In this document: piece by piece, positions 53,133 through 64,000 of the stretch | Layout of the letters: each line of letters opens with the position of its first letter | Numbering within the stretch: position 1 is the first letter of the stretch | NCBI GenBank assembly: GCA_963827235.1 | Contig: CAWHAE010000016.1 | Coordinates: forward strand, 640,001 to 704,000 | From: an uncultured bacterium | GTDB lineage: Bacteria; Chloroflexota; UBA5177; JANWHV01 | Length of the DNA: 64,000 nucleotides | Direction: 5' to 3' | Position numbers and translations under genes: made by a program | Notes under the pieces: generated by a model | What the model was told of the DNA's origin: nothing | Databases searched by the model: none | What the model saw: only the letters and a program-made list of their open reading frames with translations

Positions 53133-53612
53133 ATGTCTCTTGGCTATCTGACCCACGTCCTGATCGCCACGGACGGCTCCGAGCAATCAGTCGAAGCCGC
53201 CCGCTTTCTGCGCACGCTGGCGGCACCGCGATCGTTAGGGCGGATCACGGTCCTTGCCGTCGTGCGCTCGCTGACAAGCACGCCATTCTTTGCCGAAGCC
53301 GAGGCGCTCGGTCTTTACCCGGGCGAGGCGCTGGAGGAGCTCGAAGGATCGGCCACCTCGGCTGCCGAAGCGGCGGCCCAGCGCGTGCTGGAAGAGGTTG
53401 CCGACCTGGCACATGAGTCGCAGTCTATGATCCGGCGGGGCTCCGCGGCCGAGGAGATCGTGCGCGCAGCGGAGGAGCTGCGGGTAAACTTGATCGTGAT
53501 CGGCAGTCGAGGCTGGGGCGCCGTGCGTTCGGTCTTCCTCGGCAGCGTCTCCGAGCGGGTACTGCACTCAGCGTATTGCCCGGTGCTGGTGGTGCGTCCG
53601 CCGCGACCGTGA
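53133..53612 (+). CDS. universal stress protein (UspA family)
   Basis: 'VLIATDGSEQS','G.AAEEIV','LIVIGSRG.G..LGSVSERVL..CPVLVV'; RBS GGAGG. Confidence 0.93.
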   Translation: MSLGYLTHVLIATDGSEQSVEAARFLRTLAAPRSLGRITVLAVVRSLTSTPFFAEAEALGLYPGEALEELEGSATSAAEAAAQRVLEEVADLAHESQSMIRRGSAAEEIVRAAEELRVNLIVIGSRGWGAVRSVFLGSVSERVLHSAYCPVLVVRPPRP

Positions 53613-53701
53613 TGGGGCACGACGGGACGAGCGAATCCGGACATGGGTCGCGTCGACCATGGAGATAGGAGCGTGGCGGCTGCCATGCGAGGTGCTGAGC
53701 C

Positions 53702-54382
53702 GTGTGGGATAGCCAAGGAGTAGCGTATCTCGCGGCTATCCCGTTCTTCACCGGCCTTCCTTCCGAGGAGCTGGAAGCGCTCCAGACCAGGTGTCACCCG
53801 CGCACGCTCGATCAGGGAGAATCGATTCTGCTCGAAGGCGAGCCCGCCGACGGGCTGTATTTCGTGCGCCGCGGAGCAGTCCGCATCTACAAGAGCTCGC
53901 CGGAGGGCAGGGTGCAGGTTCTCATCGTGTTGGGACCGGGTCAGTCGTTCAACGACGTACCGATCTTCGACGGAGGGCCCAATCCGGCCAGCGCCGATTC
54001 GGCCGAATCGGCCACGGAGGTCATCGTGATTCCGGCGGAGCTCATCAGGCGCCTCATCGCGACCAGCCCAATCGTGGCGGCGAATGTGGTTCGCATTCTT
54101 GCTACCAGGCTGCGGCACCTGACGCTGCTGGTAGAGGATCTTTCCCTGCGGCACATCATCCCGAGGGTGGGCAGGCTCCTGCTGGAAGCCTCGTCAATGG
54201 GTGAAACGACGGTGGAGATGACTCAGCAGGAGATGGCCACGCGCGTGGGAACGGCGCGCGAGGTAGTCAGCCGCGCACTTCGCGAGCTGGAGCGCCAGGG
54301 AGCGATTAGCCGGCGCGGTCGGCGCGGCGTCGCCGTGAATGCCCGGCGCCTCGGAACGCTGCTCGCACAACCCGCCGAGTGA
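53702..54382 (+). CDS. Crp/Fnr-family transcriptional regulator
   Basis: 'EGEPADGLYFV..G.VRIYK','FNDVPIFDGGPNPAS', HTH 'TQQEMA..VGTAREVVSR'; no FNR Cys cluster. Confidence 0.92.
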   Translation: MWDSQGVAYLAAIPFFTGLPSEELEALQTRCHPRTLDQGESILLEGEPADGLYFVRRGAVRIYKSSPEGRVQVLIVLGPGQSFNDVPIFDGGPNPASADSAESATEVIVIPAELIRRLIATSPIVAANVVRILATRLRHLTLLVEDLSLRHIIPRVGRLLLEASSMGETTVEMTQQEMATRVGTAREVVSRALRELERQGAISRRGRRGVAVNARRLGTLLAQPAE

Positions 54383-54748
54383 AGGCACCGGCGATTCACC
54401 GGGCCAGCCGCAATTGCGGTACATTGAGGGCATGATCCGTTTCGCACGCCCCTGGCGCTCGTGCAGCCAGCCGGTATCGGCGCCGCGACCGTAGTAAAGC
54501 ACCGGGCATTGCGGGTGGCAGCACATTGGCGGTGAGCAGAGCCGGTACGACGGCAGTGCACGAACCGGGCTCGCGCGTCCCGCGTGGTAGCACCAAGCTT
54601 TCCCTTCGACCCCGCATACTGCGCGGCCGCGAGGCAAGCAGCAGATCCGGATGGTCTGAGTCCTGCGGCAGGCGGCGAGCTGGCGACCAGCTTGAAGGGC
54701 AATGAAGTGGGCCCGGTAGCCACGCAGCTTCAGAACTTCGCCTCCGCC

Positions 54749-56526
54749 ATGCGCATATACACGCGTATCGTCGAGCTCCTGCGCCCGTACAGGGCCATGA
54801 CCACCCTGATGATTGCCTGTGTCGTGCTCTCGACGGGTTTCGGCCTGGTGCTCCCGTGGCTGCTTGCCTGGGTCGTCGACGTCGGAGTGCGCCACGGCAA
54901 CGGCGGCGAGCTGGCCGTGGCGGCCCTCGCGATCCTCGTCACCAGCACGCTGCGGGGAGTCTTTGCCTACGGCCAGGGCTACTACTCACAGGCGGTCTCG
55001 CAATGGATTTCCTACGACCTGCGCAACCGCATCTACAGCCATCTCCAGCAGCTCAGCTTCTCGTACCACGACGAGTCCGAGACGGGCCAGCTCATGTCGC
55101 GCATGACGGTCGACATCGAGGCGGTCCGCAATTTCGTCGTCCTGGGCCTCACGCGCGCGGTGCTCGCGGTGGTGACCTTCTGCACGGTCTCGGTCATACT
55201 GCTGCGCCTGGACTGGCTGCTGGCCCTCGTCACGCTGGCCTGCGTGCCTATCCTCGCTTTCCTTTCGATCTCCGTGGCGCGAAGACTGCATCCGCTCTGG
55301 ACCTCCGTCCAGCAGGAGACCGGCGCCTTGGGCACCGTCATGCAGGAGAGCCTCTCCGGCGTGCGCGTCGTCAAGGCATTCGCCCGCGAGCAATTCGAGA
55401 TCGAGCGATTTGACGCCAAGAACCGGGAGGTGCGCGCGCTCAGCCTGGAAGCGATGCGTGTCTCGGCCTGGAACCAGCCACTGATGGTATTCGTGCTCAA
55501 TGTGATCACCGTGATCGTGGTCTGGCTGGGCGGCGTCGCCGTGATCGGACATCACCTCAGCCTCGGCACCCTGGTTGCCATCACGCAGTACGTGCTGCTG
55601 CTCGGCACTCCGGTGCGGACGTTCGGCTTCATGATGAACTGGTTCGCCCGCGGACTCTCCAGCGGAGAGCGGTTGTTTGAAGTTCTCGATACCGTGCCGG
55701 CCATTGCCGACAAGCCTGCCGCCCGAGTCTGCGCAACGTGGGCGGCCACGTGCGGTTCGAGGACGTCTCGTTCGCCTATGGCGAGAGAACGCCGGTGCTG
55801 CAGCACGTAAACATCGATGCACCGCCGGGCGCAATGGTCGCCCTGCTTGGCGCCACCGGAAGCGGCAAGAGCACGATCCTGCATTTGCTGCCTCGCTTCT
55901 ACGACGTGACCTCGGGCCGCATCACGATCGATGGGCAGGACGTTCGGGATGTCACCCTGGCGTCGCTGCGGCGCACGATCGGTCTGGTGCTGCAGGACGT
56001 CTTTCTCTTTAACGCCACCCTGTGGGAGAACATCGCCTTCGGAGTCGACCACGCCACCGACGAGCAGGTCCGTGCTGCCGCGCGGGCCGCACGCGTGGAC
56101 GAGTTCGTGCAGAATCTGCCCGACGGCTACGACACGATCGTCGGCGAGCGCGGCGTCACGCTGTCGGGAGGCCAGAAGCAGCGCGTAGCCATCGCGCGCA
56201 CACTGCTGCGCGATCCGCGCATTCTCGTGCTCGACGACGCAACGTCCAGCGTCGACATGGAAACCGAGTTCCTGATTCAGCAAGCACTGGAAGTGCTCAT
56301 GCGCGGGCGCACGACATTTGTCGTCGCCTCTCGGTTGCGCACCGTGAAGAGCGCGGATCAGATCATGGTGCTGGACGACGGGCAGATCGCGGAGCGCGGC
56401 ACGCACGAGAGCCTGCTCGCTCGAGGCGGACTGTACTCCCGCCTCTATGACGTGCAACTACGCGAGCAGGAGGATTTCGAGGTTAAGACACTGGCCAGGC
56501 GCGACGCGAGAGGCAAGACGGGATGA
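54749..56526 (+). pseudogene. heterodimeric ABC exporter subunit 1 (TMD+NBD), -1 frameshift at ~55722
   Basis: TMD 'TGQLMSRMT.D'; NBD 'GATGSGKST','LSGGQKQR', degenerate 'LDDATS' and 'VASRL'; adding one C at 55721-55724 joins the ORFs. Confidence 0.88.
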
Positions 56527-58350
56527 ACGTCGAATCCGCTCTCGAGCGCCGCCGGACAATCGGCCGCTACAACGTGCTGGCTCATCTGGACGAGGAGGAA
56601 TCCGGCAGGCTCAGCTGGAGTCTTGTGCGAGGCTTCGGCAAGTATGCCAGTCCCTACAAGGCGGCCGCACTGGTCAGCGCCCTGCTGATGCTCGTCTACA
56701 CAATTGCCAACCTGGCCAACCCGTATCTGATTGGTCTGGCCATAGACAACTACATCAATCGAGGCAACCTCGGCGGACTCGGCGTCATGTGCGGCGCGCT
56801 GCTCGCGGTCAGCGTCGTGCAGTGGCTCGCGCAGTTCTGGCAAGTATGGACGATGTCGTGGGCCGGCCAGGGAATGCTGTACAGCCTCAGCGCGGAGATG
56901 TTCGCCCACCTGCAGCGACTGTCCTTGAGCTTCTACGACAGGACCGAGGTGGGCCGCGTTATGTCGAGACTGCAGAGCGACATCGCGGTGTTGGAGACGA
57001 TGCTGAGCTCGGGCCTGCTTTCCATCCTGGGCTCACTGATAGCCCTGGTGGGCATCGTCGGCCATCATGATCAGCATGAGCCCGCTGTTAGCCTTGCTCA
57101 GCTTCTCCGTGCTTCCGGTGATGTTTGCCATCGCCGCCTTCTGGCAGCGCCACGCTCAGCGGTCGTTCCGGCGGACACGCGCGGCGATCTCTCTGGTCAA
57201 CTCCACGCTGCAGGAGAACATCTCCGGCATGCGAGTGATCCAGAGCATGGCCCGCGAGAAGAGCAATCGGGAAGAGTTCGACGACCTCAACAGGTACAAC
57301 CTCGACACCAATCTGGAAGCGAGCCGGATATCGGCCTTGATTCTGCCTCTTGTGGAGGTGGTCGCAGCGGTCGCCATCGCGCTCGTGGTGGTATACGGCG
57401 GAATTCTGGTCTCACAGGGGCGTTTGGAGGTCGGCATCCTCGTCGCCTTCACGCTGTACATCAATCGCTTCTTCGATCCGATTCGCGACTTGAGCCAGCA
57501 ATACACGCAGCTCCAGCGCTCTGGTGTGGCGCTCGAGCGTATCAACCAGATCATGGACATAGCCGTCGAAGTAACCGATAAGCCGAGTGCCGCCGTGTTG
57601 CCCAACGTCACGGGCACCGTCGAGTTCCGCCACGTCGCCTTTGGCTACGAGCCCGACGTACCGGTGCTGAGGGACTTCGATCTTCGCATCGATGCCGGTC
57701 AAACCGTGGCGATCGTGGGTCCAACCGGCGCCGGCAAGAGCACGATCGCCGGGCTGCTGCAGCGCTTCTACGACGTTCAGGGCGGCCAGGTGCTGATCGA
57801 CGGCATCGACGTGCGGGACGTTACACAGAACTCGCTCCGCAGGCAGATCGGCATGGTGTTGCAGGAGCCGTTCCTGTTCTTCGGCAGCATTCGCGACAAC
57901 ATCCGCTATGGGCGCCTGGAGGCGTCCGACGCCGAGGTGGAAGAGGCCGCGCGCGCGGTGGGTGCCCACGACCTCATACTGCACTTGCCCTCGGGGTACG
58001 ATACGCAGATACGCGAGCGCGGCCAGAACCTGAGCGTGGGGCAACGCCAGCTCATCTCCTTCGCGCGGGCGCTGCTCGCCGATCCGCGAGTGCTGATCCT
58101 CGACGAGGCAACCGCCAACATCGATACTCTCACCGAGCTGCTGGTCCAGCAGGGTCTGCGCCGGCTGCTGCACGGGCGCACAGCCCTGGTCATCGCCCAC
58201 AGACTCTCGACCGTCAAGCACTCCGACCTGATCGTCGTCCTGCAGGCAGGAAGCATCGTCGAGAAAGGCACGCACGGCGAGCTGCTTGCCAGGGGTGGCC
58301 CCTACGCATCGCTCTACGCCATGGGCTTCCGCCACGCGTCGTTGGCATGA
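56523..58350 (+). pseudogene. heterodimeric ABC exporter subunit 2 (TMD+NBD), +1 frameshift at ~57060
   Basis: 'GRVMSRLQSD'; 'GPTGAGKST','LSVGQRQ','LDEATA','IAHRL'; removing one G gives VGIV-AIMISM. Confidence 0.88.
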
Positions 58351-58401
58351 CCGTTGAGCCAATCGGCTACCTCCGGCGTACTATTTGGGGAGGTAGATCG
58401 C

Positions 58402-59286
58402 ATGGCAGCATCAACAGTAGCCGGGCAAGCGACCGGTTCCGTCTTGCTCGATATCGGGGACGGAGTAGGGGCGCTGGTCGTACTCGCCGGCGCCGCCCTG
58501 GAAGGACGAGAGATCGAAGTCAGCCCGGAGGATAACGCCGCGCGCCGCACGCACACGGAAGTTCTTCGGCGTGTGCTCGGACGCGAGACGATGTTCGCCG
58601 CCGTGTTCGCCGGTTTGGCGGCAGGCAGCTACAGCCTCTGGCGCGACGTGCTGACCGACGTGCCGGTGCGGATTCGGGAGGCCGAGGTCACGGAAGTGGA
58701 CTGGCGATCGGTGACGGAGTTCGACGACTTCCGGCTCGCCCTGGCCGAAGCCACCACGGCGCGGCGAGCCGTGCCGGACGGCGCATCGCGCCATCTGCCC
58801 GCTCGCTATCGAACAGACCAGCCGGTATGCGCGCAGCCGATGGGATCGGCTCCCATGTTGTTTGGCGACGGCGGACATGTGGCCTGGGATCAGATGTGGA
58901 CGACATACTGCGACCTGGCGCTGGCCGGCGGCCCGAGCCACAGGCAGAAGATACTCGACGCGCCCGATCCTGTCCATCTCGACCCCGAGAGCCCGGAGTA
59001 CCTGTCAGCCGTTGCCGAGATCGAGCGCGGCTTCAGACTGGTGACAGGCATGGCCACGGCTCGCAGCGGACGCCCGGGCTGGGTCGGACTCTGTTGCGCA
59101 AGTGAGATGATGGCCAGATGGATGGTCAGCGCCATCGCAGCGGAGAACGTCGCCGTGCGCCGCGAAGGAGCAACGATCTTCTTGCCGGCATCGGGCAGCT
59201 TCAGCCTGGAGAAGGAGATCAAGAACGTCGTCACGGTGGTGGCAAAGACGCACCATTATTGGAGCGAGCATAGCGCAGAGAGCTGA
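58402..59286 (+). CDS. two-domain hypothetical protein
   Basis: RBS GGAGG; globular composition; motifs 'VLLDIG..GAL','RTH','PMGSA..WDQMWTTYCDLALAGGPSHR','EIKNVVTVVAKTHHYW'. Confidence 0.7.
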   Translation: MAASTVAGQATGSVLLDIGDGVGALVVLAGAALEGREIEVSPEDNAARRTHTEVLRRVLGRETMFAAVFAGLAAGSYSLWRDVLTDVPVRIREAEVTEVDWRSVTEFDDFRLALAEATTARRAVPDGASRHLPARYRTDQPVCAQPMGSAPMLFGDGGHVAWDQMWTTYCDLALAGGPSHRQKILDAPDPVHLDPESPEYLSAVAEIERGFRLVTGMATARSGRPGWVGLCCASEMMARWMVSAIAAENVAVRREGATIFLPASGSFSLEKEIKNVVTVVAKTHHYWSEHSAES

Positions 59287-59300
59287 GCAATTCACTGCGG

Positions 59301-59330
59301 TTTGTAATAATTGTTTCTGACAAGTATACT
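59301..59330 (+). promoter_or_regulatory. AT-rich promoter with palindromic operator upstream of MFS gene
   Basis: TAATTGTTTCTGACAAGTA imperfect palindrome (59308-59326) overlapping a TATACT -10-like hexamer. Confidence 0.45.
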
Positions 59331-59393
59331 GGAGGTGAATTGAACCTCTGCCGACCGGACTTCCAGAGTTAGCTGCTATCCACCGGAACGATA

Positions 59394-61214
59394 ATGGACA
59401 GTACGTTGCCCTCACCAGCGCATTCCGGCACGGAACGGGTCACCGCCATGTCCGACGAGCAGATCCGTCCCGCCTTGGGTAGAGCGACGAGGGCCGGCGC
59501 CCACCCTGACCACTACAAGTGGATAGTGCTGTCAAACACGACCGTCGGCACGCTCGTCGCCACGATTAACAGCAGTATCCTGCTGATTTCGCTGCCGGCA
59601 ATATTCCGGGGCATCGCGATCAATCCACTGGCGCCGGGCAACTCGGGCTTCCTGCTCTGGATCCTCATGGGCTACATGGTGGTCACCGCTACGCTGCTGG
59701 TGACCTTCGGGCGCATCTCCGACATGCTCGGCCGCGTGAAGCTCTACAACCTGGGATTCGCCATATTTACCTTTGGCTCCCTGCTGCTGGCGCTGACGCC
59801 CGGCATGGGCTCGCAAGCGGCCACGGAGATCCTGATCTTTCGCTTCGTGCAGGGGATAGGAGGGGCGTTTCTGTTTGCGAACAGCGCCGCCCTGCTCACC
59901 GATGCCTTCCCTCCGCACCAGCGGGGTCTTGCCATGGGCATCAATCAGATTGCGGCAATCGCCGGATCTCTGGGTGGGCTACTCCTCGGTGGCTGGCTCT
60001 CGGCCGTGGACTGGCGACTCATCTTCTTGGTCAACGTTCCCTTCGGTCTCGTCGGCACCCTGTGGGGCTACGCCAAGCTACATGAGACAACCAGACCGCG
60101 CTCGGGCCAGAAGCTGGACCTGGCGGGTAACGTCACCTTTGGCGTTGGGCTCACCATCCTGCTCGTCGGACTCACCTACGGCATCGAACCGTATGGAAGC
60201 AGCGCCATGGGCTGGACCAACCCACAGGTGCTGATCTGTATCGCGGCCGGCATGATTCTGCTCGGAGCCTTCGTGCCCATCGAGCTGACCGCACGGGAGC
60301 CGCTCTTTGACCTGCAGCTGTTCAAAGTCCGCATGTTCGCGGCAGGAAACTTGAGCGGCTTCCTCAGCGCCCTTTCTCGCGGCGGTCTGCAGTTCATGCT
60401 GATCATCTGGTTGCAAGGCATCTGGCTGCCCATGCACGGGTTTTCCTTCGAGGAGACGCCTCTGTGGGCCGGCATCTATACGATGCCCATGCTGATCGGG
60501 TTCATAGTCTGCGGACCGGTGTCCGGATGGTTGTCGGACAAATACGGCTCGCGCGCCTTCGCCACCCTCGGCATGGGAATCTCAGCGATCGGCTTCGTAC
60601 TGCTGACCTTGCTGCCGGGCGACTTCAACCGTTGGGTGTTCTTCGCCCTGCTCCTGTTCATGGGCGCCGGCATGGGTCTGTTCGCCGCGCCAAATACGAC
60701 GAGCATCATGAACTCGGTACCGCCTGAGTCTCGCGGCGTGGCATCCGGCATGCGCGGCACGTTCCTCAACGCCGGATCGATGGTCAGCATGGCATTCTTC
60801 TTCTCGATATTGACGGCCGGCCTGGCTTCCTCGCTGCCGAACGTGATGTACAGCGGCCTGGTGCAACAGGGCCTCCCCTCCGCGCTGTCTCACCGCATCG
60901 CCAATCTGCCACCAATAAGCGTGCTGTTCGCGGCCTTCCTCGGCGTTAACCCCATGCAGTCGCTGATACCAGCCTCGACCGCTGCACACCTCACTGCTCA
61001 GACACGGGCCACGCTGTTTGGCCACAGCTTCTTCCCGCACCTGATCCTGCCCGCGTTCATGGACGGTCTGCGCATCGCCTTCTACCTCTCGGCGTTCCTC
61101 TCGCTCGTCGCCGCCGTAGCCTCGTTGCTGCGGGGCAGGCACTACGTGCACGGTGTGAGCGACGTCTCCGAGGTCGCCCGGGAGCAGAATCAGGCCGCCT
61201 CGCGCGCCTCGTGA
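59394..61214 (+). CDS. MFS drug/H+ antiporter (DHA2, 14-TM type)
   Basis: '[11 protein letters not shown]','[10 protein letters not shown]','[12 protein letters not shown]','PLFDLQLF','[10 protein letters not shown]'. Confidence 0.92.
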   Translation: MDSTLPSPAHSGTERVTAMSDEQIRPALGRATRAGAHPDHYKWIVLSNTTVGTLVATINSSILLISLPAIFRGIAINPLAPGNSGFLLWILMGYMVVTATLLVTFGRISDMLGRVKLYNLGFAIFTFGSLLLALTPGMGSQAATEILIFRFVQGIGGAFLFANSAALLTDAFPPHQRGLAMGINQIAAIAGSLGGLLLGGWLSAVDWRLIFLVNVPFGLVGTLWGYAKLHETTRPRSGQKLDLAGNVTFGVGLTILLVGLTYGIEPYGSSAMGWTNPQVLICIAAGMILLGAFVPIELTAREPLFDLQLFKVRMFAAGNLSGFLSALSRGGLQFMLIIWLQGIWLPMHGFSFEETPLWAGIYTMPMLIGFIVCGPVSGWLSDKYGSRAFATLGMGISAIGFVLLTLLPGDFNRWVFFALLLFMGAGMGLFAAPNTTSIMNSVPPESRGVASGMRGTFLNAGSMVSMAFFFSILTAGLASSLPNVMYSGLVQQGLPSALSHRIANLPPISVLFAAFLGVNPMQSLIPASTAAHLTAQTRATLFGHSFFPHLILPAFMDGLRIAFYLSAFLSLVAAVASLLRGRHYVHGVSDVSEVAREQNQAASRAS

Positions 61215-61564
61215 GCCTGCCCGTCGCCTGAGCCAGCCAGGTACTTGGCCTGATCCCCCCAGCTATCTGATCGCCGTCGACAATACACCCTCACCCGGCA
61301 TCATCTCTGGCGAAGTTGCCGGCCGAATTATCGTGGCAACCGCGCACCACCCGCGCGCCACGATCGGGACCGCTGATACCAAAGCGCTCGCCCAAGCCCG
61401 CAGCGGACACGCCGCGGTCCTGGATGACGCTTCTGGCGACAAGCACGCGAAACGGCCCGGAATGCCCAGCGCCCACGGGGCACTCCGGTCAGCGCAACGC
61501 GCGAGGACGCTCACTCCACCCGTCCCGTGCCTGCGTCATCTTGTACGCGCCCCGCGCTGCTCAC

Positions 61565-61867
61565 CTAGCGGGGAACTGCCGCGCCATCTTCCGCGCCGCC
61601 CGGCGTGTTCGGGTGGTGCATCTCCTGGTACGGGCACGTTTCCACGCAGCACTCGCACCCATCGCAGTCCAAGACGTCCTGGTTGGACTCGGCCACGGCG
61701 CTGAAGTAAGCCTGCATATCGCTCCTCTCGGGCAGCATGGTCGCCAGTTCCCGAGCCGCGCCGATCAGGGCACGCCGCTGCGGTTCATCCTCGCCATCCG
61801 GCGCAACCGCCAGGTCGATCAGGTCCTCCTCATAGCGTCTCATCAGTCTGGCAAGTCGCATGTCCAT
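61565..61867 (-). CDS. small protein with a single CxxCxxCxxxCP (ferredoxin-type) motif
   Basis: RBS GAAGGAG; 'DCDGCECCVETCPYQEMHH'. Confidence 0.6.
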   Translation of the reverse strand: MDMRLARLMRRYEEDLIDLAVAPDGEDEPQRRALIGAARELATMLPERSDMQAYFSAVAESNQDVLDCDGCECCVETCPYQEMHHPNTPGGAEDGAAVPR

Positions 61868-62187
61868 GGTGGTGCTCCTTCCATCTATGCTCTGGAAGAT
61901 ACGCGATCCGGCCGGTCAGCGGCGCCTTCCCGTGTGCTGGAGGAAGGAACGCACCGCTCGTACATTCCCGGGACGCTATCCAGTCACCGTCGCGGCGATT
62001 ACCGGACATCGCTGGCTGCAGCGACCGCGGGACCGGTGCCGGCGTACCGTGGCCTCGCCCCTGCGCCGTCAATCACCGGATGGTCGGGCCGACTCCAGTG
62101 GAGGCAGGGCGCCCGGATCAAGCGCCCTACGCCGGGCTTCCGGCCGGCGACCGCGTACCGGGACCTTCGCCGAGCTCCACGCCGGAC

Positions 62188-63633
62188 CTACTTGCCCGCC
62201 TTGCCTGCCGGCGGCCCGGCGGCGCCGGTGACCGCAGTAGAGGTGCGGCTGGGAGTGCTCGTCGGCGTGCTGGTCCGCGTCGCCGTTTTGGTCGGCGTAT
62301 TGGTCGGCGTGCTGGTCCGCGTCGCCGTTTTGGTCGGCGTATTGGTCGGCGTGCTGGTCCGCGTCGCCGTTTTGGTCGGCGTATTGGTCGGCGTGCTGGT
62401 TCGCGTCGCCGTTTTGGTCGACGTATTCGTCGGCGTGCTGGTCCGCGTCGCCGTACTCGTCGCCGTCTTGGTTGGCGTGTTGGTCGCCGTCTTGGTCGGC
62501 GTGTTTGTCGGCGTGCTGGTCCGCGTCGCCGTCTTGGTCGGCGTGTTTGTCGGCGTGCTGGTCCGCGTCGCCGTCGCGGTGGGCGTGCTCGTCATGGTGG
62601 AGGTGGGAATGGTGGTGCGCGTGGGGCTGCTGGTAGCCGTGCCCGTGGGCGCGGCCGTCGGCGTTGGAGTGCTACCGCTCGTGGAGACGTTCATGGTGTA
62701 GGCCTCGTCGGAGGCGTTGGCGACGTAGTTCCAGGATAGCTCCGCCCAGCCGTTGAGTCCCCACCAGGTACCCCAGGAATTCTCGATCCAGACGCCGGCC
62801 GCGTCGTACTTGGCCGCGAAGACCGCGTGGTAACCGAACAGGGTGCCACTGGTCGAGTCGGCGAGATAGTGCGAGGCCGTGGCATAGTAGAAGCTGGGAT
62901 AGACCGCTATCCCCAGAACGACCGGGCTGCCGGCCGCCATCGCAGTCTCGATTGCCTGCTGATCGGTGGCGAAGCTCGAGGTGCCGAGGTACAACGCGCT
63001 ATAGCCCTGTATCTTGTACTGGCTCGCGTTGGCGATTTCGGCGCTGGTCGGTTGGTCCGAATAGTCGAAATCGCCCTGCGTGTAATGCAGCCGGGTGTCT
63101 ATGCCCTGCTGGGTCAAGATCGAGAAATTGGCGCTGAAGGACGAGCCGTAGTCGGAGCCTCCGTCTACCTGGCTGTAGAGGTACATCGGCTCGAAGCCGG
63201 CAGGTGTCGCGGTGGGAAACCTGCCGCTCCTCTCCGCATACCAGCCGCGCAGGTAATAGCCGGTAGCCCACGAAGCGCAGGACCCCACGGAACCCTGGTT
63301 GCCCACCGGCGGAACATACTGCGAGAGGTCGACGCTGGCTGGGAGGCTCGCGCTTGCGGCGAGAGCGCGTTGCAGACGCATCGTATTGCGAGACGTGGTC
63401 GGTACCAGGCCGTTGGCGTTGATCACGTGAGGGCCGCCAGTCGAATCGCCCGCCGCCGAGCTGGTCGCCAGAGCGGCGGGCAGCATGGTTACCGCGGGAC
63501 GCACGGGCCGCGCCGACGCGTGCCGGGTGTCGGACGCCACGAGCATGCCGCACAGCAGCGCCGCCACGCTTGCGCGTCGGACCAGAGCGACCCAGGAGGC
63601 TCTGGACAAAGCTCGTCTCTCGTACGCGGCCAT
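62188..63633 (-). CDS. secreted papain-family (C1) cysteine peptidase with Thr/Pro-rich tail
   Basis: Signal-like N-terminus; '[12 protein letters not shown]' (Gln/Cys), 'GYHAV' (His), 'ENSWG..WG.NG' (Asn); RBS GAGGAGG. Confidence 0.9.
   Translation of the reverse strand: MAAYERRALSRASWVALVRRASVAALLCGMLVASDTRHASARPVRPAVTMLPAALATSSAAGDSTGGPHVINANGLVPTTSRNTMRLQRALAASASLPASVDLSQYVPPVGNQGSVGSCASWATGYYLRGWYAERSGRFPTATPAGFEPMYLYSQVDGGSDYGSSFSANFSILTQQGIDTRLHYTQGDFDYSDQPTSAEIANASQYKIQGYSALYLGTSSFATDQQAIETAMAAGSPVVLGIAVYPSFYYATASHYLADSTSGTLFGYHAVFAAKYDAAGVWIENSWGTWWGLNGWAELSWNYVANASDEAYTMNVSTSGSTPTPTAAPTGTATSSPTRTTIPTSTMTSTPTATATRTSTPTNTPTKTATRTSTPTNTPTKTATNTPTKTATSTATRTSTPTNTSTKTATRTSTPTNTPTKTATRTSTPTNTPTKTATRTSTPTNTPTKTATRTSTPTSTPSRTSTAVTGAAGPPAGKAGK
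62261..62580 (-). repeat. coding 42-bp tandem repeat ([14 protein letters not shown]), about 6-7 partly degenerate units
   Basis: Unit GTCGGCGTGCTGGTCCGCGTCGCCGTTTTGGTCGGCGTATTG repeated head-to-tail from 62261. Confidence 0.9.
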
Positions 63634-64000
63634 CAGCCTACCTCCTCACGGATCAATCCGTCCCAAGTGCCCGCGAACCGGCCCGCGCCGGTACCCTGGA
63701 GAACGGAAAAGGCCGTGGGCATCGTCGCAACCGGATCTTGCCCACGGCCTTTACCACGATTTCACGCCATTTCGGTAGCCGGGCTAACTCTGTGAGTCCC
63801 CAGGCTTTGCGTCCCCAGCTCGCGCTGGGTTTGCCCTTGTCGAGGATGAACCCGCTATTCACTTGTCTGCCGGACGGTTTGCTACGCGGCCAGCGTGCTC
63901 AGCCTACGACACTTCCTCCCGTCACACATCACCCGATCAGGTACCTGTGCCAAAGCGGTAGCCGGTAGACACCGCATACACACATTCGCGCGGAACCGCA

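Noticed and set aside
54749-58350. Degenerate Walker B/H-switch and signature motifs as signs of decay
   Set aside because: One degenerate plus one consensus site is the normal pattern of heterodimeric ABC exporters
62261-62580. Direct repeats as a possible CRISPR array
   Set aside because: Head-to-tail with no spacers, in-frame coding, no cas genes
61316-62701. 461-aa + strand ORF with Val-Leu-Val-Gly repeats resembling a membrane protein
   Set aside because: Reverse complement of the Thr/Pro repeat of the C1 peptidase

Overview
GC-rich (roughly 65% by eye) bacterial window, most consistent with a Chloroflexota-like or actinobacteria-like organism (Thr-Pro-Thr repeat secreted protease, HoxEFUYH, NifJ plus DHODH-like pair); the taxonomy is inference. 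The core (about 22-52 kb) is a hydrogen/fermentation supercluster: hypFCDE, then three different cytoplasmic group 3 [NiFe]-hydrogenases side by side, each with its own maturation protease. These are HdrCBA-MvhDGA (3c), HyhBGSL (3b) and HoxEFUYH (3d), followed by an FprA-type ferredoxin-NADP+ reductase, pyruvate:ferredoxin oxidoreductase, a DHODH-like flavoprotein, a universal stress protein and a Crp/Fnr regulator. Upstream lie a DosR-like regulator and two DosS-like heme-GAF kinases (one lacking the phospho-His), a cysteine-free SQR homologue, a GNAT/ADP-forming acyl-CoA synthetase fusion, pgi and a PRTase. DosR-type boxes (GGGAC-N4-GTCCC-like) recur in front of several operons, suggesting one hypoxia-induced fermentative regulon. 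Four genes carry single-base frameshifts, probably sequencing errors. I saw no rRNA, tRNA, CRISPR array or mobile element.
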